Shown: piece by piece, positions 23,830 to 35,426 of the stretch
Numbering within the stretch: position 1 is the first letter of the stretch
Layout of the letters: every line of letters begins with the position of its first letter
Source of the DNA: Mobula birostris
Taxonomy: Eukaryota
Assembly: GCF_030028105.1 (NCBI RefSeq)
Contig: NC_092373.1
Span: 138,638,278 to 138,702,277, forward strand
Direction: 5' to 3'
DNA length: 64,000 nt
Notes under the pieces: generated by a model
What the model was told of the DNA's origin: nothing
Seen by the model: the letters and a program-made list of their open reading frames with translations, nothing else
Databases searched by the model: none
Program-made: the position numbers and the translations under genes

Positions 23830-25574
23830 AGAAGGAGGAAGAGAGTGATGAGTGGAATTAGCAGGAGAAGTTTAAGAAAGTTTGTGTAGAGATTAATATC
23901 CCTGCACTTCACTCCTTGACTCAAGCAACCGGATGACCAGCAGCATGACTGAAAGAATTAGCAAAGCCAGAATGGCACTTAGGCTTTCACTGATGTGTGT
24001 ACGCAAATTGTCAATGGATTTTGAATAACTGCGACGGTCCTATTTTCTTCTCAAATTCTTGTTGGATTGTCTCTTCCCTAATTTATTTTTGCCACTGTAA
24101 TCTGAGGCAAACTAAGATCTTAATCGCTGAAGACATTTTGTGAACTACTAAGGGACATTTCTGATATATTAGCTCTGTATTAAACCGCATAGTTCTATTA
24201 CCACAAAACATAAGGGAAATGGCAATTTCACAAGCTGTACTAGTAATTCTCCTCTGTGCCTATGATAGATTGCCTATGCATTATATTTTGACATATTTTT
24301 TGCTTGCAATTTGTGTCAATGAAAACTTCCAATAAATTGTGCTGGAATATGAACACAGATGAAAAACATACTTTATACTGAACATCATTCATAATTGAAA
24401 GGAAGACATTGCATCTTTAAGGAAAAAATACAAAGGAGGAGAAACTTGACTTATGCCACCAACTCAAAGCAATTGAAAGAATATCAGCCCCAGTTATATT
24501 CACGTCATTGAGCTGCATGTAATGCACTTGGGCAATAATCTCACAATTGATTATAACCTGCAACCGAAAATAAAACTCAGTCCAGCGCTCAGCACATTAT
24601 CTAACTTTCTAATTGTAAAATGCTAATTAAGCACCGCATCACAAGTAGTGTCACAATCTCATAAATAGATTTATGAGATGAAACAGCTTTTATTTTAAAC
24701 TGACTATTGAGCTCTAATATGACACTGGACTTGAAATCAAATGGAGAATGCAAGTCGATTTAACAACTGATTTATTACAGAATCAGTAATTCTTCCTTTC
24801 TATTTGACAAATGTTCTATAATCACTATTTATTTGGTAATCATGATTACCTTTTATTTTTACATTCCAAAGAAAAGTCTAAAGCATACCATGGAAGATAA
24901 CCAAATCCTACAAAAATGTAAAGTTATTGTTTAGCTTATTCAACACTATTGAATATAAAAAAGAAAAAAAAATGTAAGACATTTCTTAGTCCTTTCTCTT
25001 CTTTGATGAAGTTGCATCATCTTTACATGTGTAAAGATGTGTCAGTATTGTTTGGCTTGTGAATTCAGAGAGAAAGTGATAGCTATGATCTTAGTGGATT
25101 TAGGATGTCACTATTAATCAAAACTGTTCAAAGGCAACTTTCCAGGTGGTACAAGCAATTCCCGCACTATAATAAAATTTGAAGTATCAGCTCCACTGAG
25201 CAGGAAAAGTCCAAGATTAGCAAACAACACAATGTGGTAACAAAAGAACAGCAAAACAATGTGGTGTTGCTGGAAATGGTCTTCAGCAGTCAGATTTTTT
25301 ACTGGAATTGCTTTTGCCCTGTTGCTGTAGATTTGCCAGAAGAAGTCTCTGATGGAAATTACATTTATGCATGTAAACACGGTTTTTACTGTGCTTCTAG
25401 TGCTGTGGATATTACTAACAATCCTAAATTAAACAGGATATATGCTTCAAAAGTACATGATTCAGCACTTGGTGATTTTATGAGATTGAAAAGGCCTCCA
25501 TATAAATGAAGTATATTTTTTCCAGAAAAGAAGGAACCCTTTGGAAATTGTCAGACCGGACTCTGTTTTTCTTA

Positions 25575-25797
25575 ATTTTTATATAGAAATACAGCACAGT
25601 GATTGACCCTTCTACATCAACAAGCCCATGCCACCCAGTTGCACCCATGTGACCAATTGTTCTACTAACCTTTATGTCTTTGGACTGTGGAGGAAACCAG
25701 GACACTTGGAGGAAACCCACTCAGTCATGGGGAGACCGTATGAACTCCTTACAGTGAACCCGAGTCACTGGCTAACTGGTATATCACCATGCTGCCT
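25575..25797 (-). mobile_element. V-SINE (HE1-like), degenerate
   Basis: 'tgtctttggactgtggaggaaaccaggacacttggaggaaacccac' is the reverse V-core. Confidence 0.8.
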
Positions 25798-26861
25798 TAT
25801 TATGAATATTTACCAATTTCTACTTTTTAACCTGGTGTAAAATGGTTTTTAGAAGTCACAATGATAATTATAAACTATTATTCATACAATGGGAATGTAT
25901 CCTACGAGTGATGGTGGAGATAGATTGATCTTTTATTGGTGCCTTATTATGCAACCATAGGTAAAAAGCAGAAGTTTTGCCATGTTAATTTCAACCATAG
26001 GAATCACAATCAGGTTGTGTCTTTCCTCTGTGATCTTTCATAATAAAGCTACCACATAATTACATTCTTTTCCTTAGAAATATACTTTTATCTAAAGAGT
26101 CAATAGAGGAAAGTTTAGTTCTGCCCGAGCCTGTCATGAACTGAAAACCGCAGCTGAGAGGTTGCTAGTCAATGGCATGATTCTGTCCAAATTCATCCAG
26201 TAACAAGCCAGCAAGTTCCAGACCTGCTCATGCAGGGATTACATCATATTTATATGGGAAATTAGCATTCAGACCCCGTACTGGATTAAACCTGGCACAA
26301 GGCAATAACAATATTTGAGGTTACATTGAAGAAATTAAGGACAAGGTAATCTTTAAGTATTGTGATCTGCACAATCTTACTAATTTTAACATTTTAAAAA
26401 TTAGTTTGGTTGACTTTTATTGTTTAATTTTAAACAATCTTGAAGTTCTTTTATTTCACTTTAAGGACTTTTTATATGTTTCTGAATAATAGTCAACTTT
26501 TAACAGCTGGCAAAACCTCACTTCTATCCTCATTGGTTTGTTTGTTTCAAGAATTGAACTCCTCTGTTTCTTTGCTTGATGCCCTGCTGTCCTCAGGGCT
26601 TTCAAAACCATTAAGACTAAAAGGATATGCAGTTCTCTTTTACCTAAGCATGGTAATTGTGGAATGTAGGCCTGTGCCTACGAAATATGGACCTGCTTTC
26701 TAGAGATGAAAAGGAACAGTTGTACATTCTGTGACTGGAGTTATTCATTAACCTACTTTCTTGATTCATTTATTTTCTGGAGTGAATTTGTCAAGATGTG
26801 AGTAAACAAAAATAACACATTTTCCCAATATTCTTTGTCAAGCATTAATGTCAGGCATTTG

Positions 26862-27485
26862 GTGACACAAGAGACTGCAGATACTGGAATCTGTAGCAAC
26901 AAGCAATCTGTTGAACAAACTCAGCAGACTGAGCAACATCTTTGGGAGGAAAATGATATTTTGAGTTGAAACACTACATCAGGGTTGAGAGCAGAGTAGT
27001 GAGATGGGGAGTTGTGAGAAAGGGGTCTGAGATGATTGGTGGACTGAGGGGTGGTATAAGATGAGAGGCAATGCCAGTTAGGGAGGGAAGTGGGTGTGGA
27101 GTTGGGAGACAGTGGCAGAAAAATGATAGAGGGAGTTAAACAAAGACAGAAGAAAAGGGGGAGAAAAGCAGATAGACAAAAGAGATTCTGCAGATGCTAG
27201 AAATCTTGAACAACACACACAAAATACAGTAGGAAGTCAGGCAGCATCAAAGGAGGGGAATACAGTTGACATTTCAGGTCAAGTTCTCTCATCAAGATGG
27301 AAAAGTTAGAAGGCAGAAACTAGAATTCTTCTGAATTCACCAATCACCTTTCTCACTCACCTTTTCTTGTATATTCCCTCTGCACTCTTAATCCTGGTGC
27401 AAGGTTTCGTTCTGAAACATCAACAATTCCTTTTCTCCCACAGATGCTGCTCAACTTGCTGAGTACTTCCAGCAGAATGTTTGTA
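26862..27485. mobile_element. Cluster of nested and inverted Penelope pLTR fragments
   Basis: Two minus-strand termini (26862, 27175) and one plus-strand terminus (27390-27485), each with hammerhead remnants. Confidence 0.75.
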
Positions 27486-27611
27486 ACATCAGAGACTTGT
27501 TGGTCCAGAACAATATTCTTTAGTGTTTACCTATCAGCAATTGGTTTCACTCAGAAACTTGTATATGCAAATCTAGAATGATATTCCAGGAGTGCACTAT
27601 CAAAGAGGCAA

Positions 27612-27796
27612 ACAAGAGAAAATATGCAAGTACTGGAAATCCAAGCAATATACACAAAAGAGTACAGTCAATGTATTGGGCCGAGACCCTTCAGCAGGAC
27701 TGTCCTGTTGAAGGGTCTCGGTCTGAAATGTCAACTGTACCCTTTTCATAGATGCTGCCTGGCCTGCTGGGTTCCTCCAGCAGTTTTTGTGCGTTG
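27612..27796. mobile_element. 185-bp Penelope fold-back mini-element with a 13-bp TSD
   Basis: Inverted hammerhead-containing arms 27662-27700 and 27702-27740; TSD atcaaagaggcaa (27599-27611) / atcagagaggcaa (27797-27809). Confidence 0.85.
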
Positions 27797-27989
27797 ATCA
27801 GAGAGGCAAGATGGCTTTGGTGAAACACGGTGATGTGTTGCAGGCAGCTTAGAAAACATAAATATACTTCAGTACTATTCTCACCACCCGTAATTTCACT
27901 TTAAGTAATGTACTTTTGAACTGTCTTAACAAACTAGCAACTTCATGATCTTCTGAACAATTCGGTGGGCTTAACTCTCAAGCACGCAG

Positions 27990-30097
27990 GAACGGCATCT
28001 TTAACTGGACAAAGGTATATTGCTATTGCCAAAAGAGAGGGAGGAAGGGAGCAGTCCAGGCCAGACTAAAACGCAAGGGTATGGAACTTCCTCCCACTTA
28101 GCATCTTCTTAGCAAATGTACAGTCACTGGAAAACAAGACTGAGGACATAAGGGAAAGATTGTAAGGAAATATAGAATTGTTATGCTCTTTGTTTCACGG
28201 AGACCTGGCTCACTCCTCACATGCCAGATACGCCAGTAAGAACCGAGGGCATCTCAGTACACAGGATGAACCAGACTGCTGATTTAAAGAAGGCAAAGGG
28301 TGGGGGGGGCTGTCTATGTGGTGTCCAGACACAGCAGTCTTGTTGCACTATTGTTCCCCTGACCTGGAACATCTAATGATTAAATACCAACCATTCTATT
28401 TACCAAGAGAGTTCTCCATGATCCTGACTGCTGTTTACATACCACCAAAGGCAGACGTTAAGTAGGTACCTGAGGTACTGAGTGCCATCATCAGTAAACA
28501 AGAAACAGACTAACCCAACACCTTTCAATTCATTATTGGGGACTTCAGTCAGGCTTTTTTCAAGAAATCTTTGTCCAATTATCATCAACAGGTTACCTAC
28601 AGCACCAGAGGTCCCAACACAATCAAGGATTGATGTACTATGATTAGAAATGCCTTTCGTCCACACCTAGGCCGCATTTCAGGATATTTGATCACTTGCC
28701 TGTCCTTCTCCTACCTGCGTACAGGCACAGGTTAAAGAGCAAATCTTCAGAGATAAGGACAACAAAGGGATGGTCACGGGAGAGAGAGGAGTAGCTACAG
28801 GATTGCTTCAATCAGGTCAGTGGACTGGGCTGTGTTCAAGGACTCATCAAAGGATCTGAACCAAACACCACGGTTGTCATGGTTATAAAAACAGTGGTAG
28901 ATGAGGGTGTCCCCACAAAATCATTTGGAGTCTTCCCCAAACAGAAGCACTGGATCCACAAGAATCCACACCCTGCTGATAACCAGATCAGTAGTGTTCA
29001 GGTCTGTTGACAAAGTAAAATACAAGAGGAAATTTGGTTTGATCTCCAGAAAGCCATCTCACCTGCAAAGTGGCAATTCCAGACCAAACCTGAATCACTG
29101 AAAGATGCTCGACAGCTGTGGCAGGACTTGAATGCTGTCACCTCCTAAAAAGTGAAACTGAGCAACATAGGTGAGAACAAGGCTTTGTGTTGCAGTTGAG
29201 CTCAATGCTTTTTATGCTTGCTTTGGCTGTCAAAACATGGAGGCACCTTCATGATGACATGTAGCCCCAATGACCCTATGATTTCAGTGTCTGAGGCCGA
29301 CATGAGAGCATCTTTCAGGAGGGTGAACCCACAATGGTGACATTATCAACTTTGCACTCAACATCAGCAAGACCAAGGAACTGTCTGTGGACTTCCAGAA
29401 GGGGAAGCTGGGAGAAAACACACCAACACTCATTGAGTGGTCGGCAGTGGAAAGGGTGAGAAGTTTCACGTCCTTGGGCATCGACATTTCAGAGGCTCTA
29501 TCCTGGACCCACCATACTGTTGCAGTGATGAGGAAAGCATGCCAATGGCTATAATTCATTAGGAGTTTTAAGGGACTTGATATGTCACTAAAGAAACAAG
29601 CAATTTTTTGCAGATGTACCATGGAGAACATTCTGACTGGTTCTATCACTACCTGATTATGGAGACACTAATGCACAGGACTGTAATAGGCTTCAGAGGT
29701 TCGTAGACTCACCCAGCACCATATGGACACAGGCTTCCCCACCATTAAGGACATCTTCAAAAGATTGCACCTCAAGGAGATGGCATCCATCCTTAAGGAC
29801 TCTCAATGTCAGGGTCTTGCCCTCTTCGCATTGTTACCATCAGAGAGAAGGTAGAGGTATCTGAAGACTCACACTCAATGTTTTAGGAAGAGCTTCTTCC
29901 CTTTCATCATCAGATTTCTGGATGCTCCATTAATCCACGTGCACTACTTCACTATTCCTCTTTAACATTGATTGTTTGTTTGTGTGTTTATTTATTATTG
30001 TGATTTATATTAATTTGTTATGCTTACACTGAGCTGTTGCCACAAAACAACAAATTTAACATCTAAAGTTGGTAGCTATAAACTGATTCTGATTCTG
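27990..30097 (+). mobile_element. Rex1/Babar LINE, decayed, with AP-endonuclease region, large internal deletion and 3' end
   Basis: 'agcatcttcttagcaaatgtacagtcactggaaaacaag' (SIFLANVQSLENK), LNISKTKELSVDF and CTMENILTG motifs; (gattct)n tail. Confidence 0.85.
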
Positions 30098-31490
30098 TCC
30101 TCCCTTTATTAAATGAAGCATAAGGCATAAGGTTTCTTCCTGTTCTCTGGCTCGTGCAGGATCCCATGTAATACTGGATGCAAGTATGCTCAATAGAAAG
30201 GAGAGATAACTAACTCTGCAATGGCTGGAAAATTCTAAAATGAATATTTTCCCTTTTTTTCTTTTCCTGTGGTCTGAAAGTGACGCAGTGTTGATCTGGG
30301 AAACATCTCCTCAACCAATGACAAGCAAGCACGGGATTTTCTGCCTGCAGTATGTGGTAAGTGCCAGAAATGTGTTCACAGCTGCACATTGAGTCATATA
30401 GATGCCATTTCTTGCAACCACCATGAAAATAAAGAAATTTCCCACTAACCACAAAAGCCTTGGTGGGGTTGTGGTACTGGCATAGAGATTGAGGCCCAAT
30501 CATTTCTAAGGAAACAATGAGTCAAGGTCTCTTCACCTAGAATCATATCCGGAGCCCAAAGGAAAAAAGAGTGAAGACAAGCCAGAAGTCAACAAGCTGC
30601 TAAGACAGCCCCTAAAAACAATTCTGTACAAACAATACTTTAGTTTGATAATTTGTATGGGGTTCTTCTATTTTATCATTGCAACTTCAGTAAAAGGTCA
30701 GCACAAATCCTGAAGAATTAGAACAATGACCCCAGGTAGCCAGTTTTGACATATCAGCACATGTCTCATTGGATCTCAATCACCCATTGGAGAACCAACA
30801 TAGAAACTCTAGGCATTGCAGACTACATTATACTGCTATGAGATTTAGCATGGTTTTACAGAGGGGTTATAACATTTACTAAATATAAAACTCTGTCAAA
30901 GACGAGTGCAGAGCTAGAATCTGGGATACAATTTTGATTAAGATTTGTGTGTGTATATATATTACAATTCTGGAACCCATGCTGAAATGATTTGCTTGTA
31001 GAAATTAGCATGAGCAAGGTACACTTTTGGAAGAATGATGTGCTCATTCATCAGTCCACTCATGACTGTTTGGCTGGTGTAAGTGACCAAGAGGCAAGTG
31101 GCATAGCTTAGTCCCTATTTTCAGATTCTTTTGAAGCAGGATTTTACTTTGACCTTCTGAATAAGAATATAAGAATATTAGGAACAGAAGTAATTAAGCT
31201 GTTTGGCCCCTTCTGAAAATTCACCTCACAAATAAGCACTTAAGAGTTTAAAAGTACATTTGGCACCATCTGCATGTTACAGACAAAATAATGGATGGCA
31301 TGTTAACCATGAATTGGGCAAGATCATGGCTGATCTGTTTTCTCAACATCCTTTTCCCTCACAATCCCTTGATTCAAAAATTCTATGTTTTGAATATACT
31401 CAGTGACTGAAACTCCAGAGCTCCTTTGGGTTGAGACCTTCAAAGTTCCACTACCCTCTGGGTGAGAAAGCTTCTCAACTCTATCTAGAA

Positions 31491-31571
31491 CAAGGGTTCC
31501 CAACACGTTTTCATGTCATGGACTCCTACCATTAACAGAGGGATCCATGGACCCCAAGTTGGGAACCCCTG
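31491..31571. mobile_element. 81-bp hAT (Charlie-like) MITE
   Basis: TIRs caagggttcccaac / gttgggaacccctg; TSD atctagaa / gtctagaa, matching the NTCTAGAN Charlie target. Confidence 0.9.
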
Positions 31572-31624
31572 GTCTAGAAGGAGAGTGTGATGGTGCGACC
31601 ATTTAAACTATTGCTTCATGTGTT

Positions 31625-31840
31625 CAGTATGGCCTTTGGCACTCTGTGTGGTTTCTTCCCACATCCCAAAAATGTGAGGGGTTGGTAGGTTAATTGTCTC
31701 TATAAAATGTCCCGACTGTATGTAAGTGAGTGGTAGAATATGGGTGAGAAATAGGGTACACAGAGAGTTAACAGGAAATAGGAAACCTCTGTGAACTAGT
31801 CCAGACTTTGTGAGCCCAACAGGGCTCATTCTACATCACA
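31625..31840 (+). mobile_element. Degenerate V-SINE
   Basis: 'cttcccacatcccaaaaatgtg...ggtaggttaattgtctctataaaatgtccc'. Confidence 0.7.
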
Positions 31841-32894
31841 AGGTAACATAAAGTCTTATTTTAAGATTGTGAACTCTGGTTCCAGATATCTTGGTAGGGA
31901 AAATATATCTTCCTAACATTTAAACAGTGAAGATATTTGTTTCAGAGAGATCACCTCTCATTTGTCCAAACTCAAAGGTAGTTCATGCTCAGTTTGTGTA
32001 ATCTCTTCTCATAGGGAATCAATCTGGTCAACTCCAGTTTCATTCCCTCTGTTGCATATGTAGTCTTCTTTAGGTAGGAAGACCAGGTGTGTACACAGTA
32101 ACTCAGGTACAGTCTCACCAGTGTCCTGTATAATTCCATGAAAGCATCTTTACTCTTGAACTCAAAACACTTTGCAACTAAGACCATTTTCTATCTAAAT
32201 GATCACTGTTCCCTGAGCAGTCATTTTACATGATTCATTACAAACATAATTGGGTTCCTCTGTACACCAAAATACTTATTCGCTCACCTTCTTAAAAAAT
32301 GTATTCTGCTTTTCAATTGTTTTTCTACCAAAGTGGCTTAGCTTATCTTTTTTTGTAATATATTCCATTTGCTACATCCTTGCCCTTTCATTTAACCTGT
32401 ACATATTTCACAAAGCTTTACTACATCCATGTCTTTCTAATCATTAACAAAGGAAGTAAAAAACTGAAATCCCACCCCTAATCCCATGGTACCTAACTTG
32501 CCACAGTCATTTCATTGCTGGCTCCAGATCTCTAAGGTTGGAGTGGCAGAGAGATGTGATAGTCTGTGGATTGACTTTTAGCCAGTCCTCTGCTTGGATT
32601 ATACTTTTTGAAGATGAGGATCATCTTAAATCCAGGTCAGCAGATTACTCCAGGCAGTCAGTGCTGATCTCTACTTCATTATTTTTTCAGTTTGCTGCTC
32701 ATCAGAGCCTTTGAGAATTCACAAAGCTCTATTCATGGAAAAATTACCTTATTTATTTGATATTAATGAAGGGAAACTGCATCCAGGGCACCTTGGATTT
32801 GACATTACTGGCTTCCCCAAATGTAGGCAACTATCAGTCTATCCTTCATTTCCTTATGGCTCCCTTAATAATGGAGCCCTTTCTGAGCAAGATC

Positions 32895-33072
32895 ACCAGC
32901 CACACCTTTGGCCCACGTCATTCTAAACCTTTCCTATCCACGTACGTTTTCAATGTTATTAATGTACCTGCCTCAATGAACACCTCTGGCAGCTCATTCC
33001 ATATACCCACCATCTCTGGGTGAATAAAGTTGCCCCTTAGGTTCCTACTAAATCTCAATCCTCTCACCTTAA
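32895..33072 (-). mobile_element. CR1 3' fragment
   Basis: 'cacctctggcagctcattccatatacccaccatctctgggtgaataaagttgcccc'. Confidence 0.7.
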
Positions 33073-34796
33073 TAGGATTAATAGAAAGGCATTCTCATAA
33101 ACATCCAAGTCATCATGAAGAACAATGTTATGATGTTCAATGCTATATTTCCAGGCAACGTCAGTGACTTTTTATCCAAAAGGAGTCCATTTGCCTGCTA
33201 ATTTCTGCAGCTAGTATTGAACCTTAGTGGCATCAGCCATTCAGGTTGGGCCAGGAAACAAATACATGCCCAGCACCTAAGACCCTCCTCCTGGAGAATA
33301 TTTAAAGGCACTACACCTAACTTCTGACTTTTGCAATGGCAAGAACTCTTCAGGCTTTCTGCACTTGAAGATGATCCTCATCCCATTTGGATAGCCTCTT
33401 TCTTATTCATCAGAGTCTTTAGCTTAAGTAAAGAACATTAACTAGCCACCATTAATGAGGCTTAACCTCTCTATGTAGGGGGCAGTAATTAGAATGTGAT
33501 GGGAAGGGTGAGGAGAGAGTGCTGTAGAACAGCATGGGATATGTGTGGGCTGAGGACTGAACAGCAGCTTGTGTAACAGTGGGCCTGTGTATTTTACATG
33601 GTGCTAACAAAAAGGAGCAAGGCAGAGAGGAACAGTAGAGGGTAACTGGAGGAATGTCTCCAATAATGTGTTTGAGCTGAGATCTGAGCGGTATTGGTAT
33701 TAAAGGTGGTTATGTCGGAAGGTAAGATTAATGAGGGGCAATTCAAACTGTCAGGGCACTTGTAAAACCTTTCATGGAGAATGATGTTTTTCTTGGCCCG
33801 TCTCCCAATTTCCTGCTGATTCCTCCCCTTACAAATGCAGGAGCAGTATCTTTGTTGCTCTCCTAGATATATCTTACATGGCAAAGAAATTTCTTGCAAA
33901 AGGCTTAGTTGGCTAGGATTCTCACTCCTGCAGGAGATAGCTCAGGCCATGGATCTCGCTCATGAATATGCCAATGTCTTGCAGTAAATTGTGGAGCCCT
34001 CATCCTCTCCCTTCATCTAAGGCAACCATAGGAGTGCACCTTTAAGTGTTCACACCCTTATCTGATTGCTGTACAGCAAGCAGTCGGTGGGACTTGTATG
34101 ATTTTACTTTGGTCTCACCACAATCCATGAACATCGATTTTAGTACATCTTTTTGGGAACAAAGCACACTTTTGCCATTATGCACTTTTTTTTAATCAAT
34201 TTTTTTCGGGGCAGGGGTGGGATCTTATTCATCAGTAATGCCAGGTGCAGCAACAGTTTGGAGAACTACTGAAAGGAACAACACAATTTTTGGGCATTTT
34301 TTCCTTATCCAGGATAGACAGAGATAGCAAAATGCATCTCTGGGAAGTTCAAATTATCCTTTCTGGAAAGGAGGGTTTTATTGATTTGTATTCAATACAA
34401 TGACAAAGAAAATATAAGTACAAATATATAATGTTAAGCTCCATTAAATCCGCCAATGGAAACATTACATTAAACCACAAGTTAAATATTTATCTGCATA
34501 AGATAGAAAGTCTATTGGTCCAGCAACACACTGAGATGAAAAGCAGTGTAGGGGGCAGAGATGCATGGCATAAAAGCTTGTTAGTTTCTGCTAGGTAGGA
34601 GAGAAGTCTTTGCTGTGAAATTTGGTGGTATCACCAGGAGATGCCATGGGTCTTTTCAGAGGATGATCTAGAAAAAGGTTGTTATTTTTCAATGATGTTC
34701 TGCCAGACTATAGCCAGATAACAGGAGAATAATTCAAAATCCTGTATTCCTATAAGAAATTATGTGATGTTTTGAAGAATGTATGCAACCATTTCC

Positions 34797-35270
34797 AAAG
34801 ACCATAATAAAGGAGGAGAATTAGGATATTCAGCCCAGTGAGTCTGCTCTGCCATTCCATCATGGCAGACTTATAATCCCTTCCAACCCCATACTCCTGC
34901 CTTCTCCCCATAACTTTTGATGTCCTTACTAATCAAGAACCTATCAACTTTTGTTTTAAATATGTCCAATGACTTGACCTCCACAGCTGTCTGTGCAATG
35001 AATCCCATAGATTTAACTTTCTAGTTAAAGAAGCTCCTTGTCAACTCAATTCCAAAGGGACATCCTTGTATTCTGAGTCTATGCCCTCCGATCTTGGACT
35101 TCCCACAATATGAAACATACTCTTCACATCCATTTTATTCTAGACCTTTCAATATTTGATAGGTATCAATGAGATTCCCCCTCATTCTTCCAAACTCCAA
35201 TGAATACCAGCCCAGAGCTATCAATTTCTCTTCATATATTAGCCCTTTCATTCCCAAGTTCATTCTCATT
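34797..35270 (-). mobile_element. CR1 3' fragment
   Basis: Diverged homologue of 15839-16320. Confidence 0.85.
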
Positions 35271-35426
35271 TCTATGGGATGGCCAAAACTCCTCTAGAAT
35301 TGAATAATCTTCTCGTACATAAGATATTTGCATTGATACTTGTGTTTTGTAAAGTTGAAGATACTGTTTTTTTAAAGCTGAACATTAAAGACGTGTTTTA
35401 CATTAAGAAATCTGCTATTTCTTAGT

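Larger units (their letters stand above)
31165..32450 (-). mobile_element. Old CR1 LINE fragment with nested MITE and SINE
   Basis: ELYRTLVRLYLSYCVHTWS homologous to the CR1 C-terminus; (taagaata) tail near 31165. Confidence 0.75.

Noticed and set aside
30281-30356. Possible 76-nt exon (pyrimidine tract, AG ... GTAAGT)
   Set aside because: The open frame DAVLIWETSPQPMTSKHGIFCLQYV resembles no protein I recognise and there are no partner exons; needs RNA-seq
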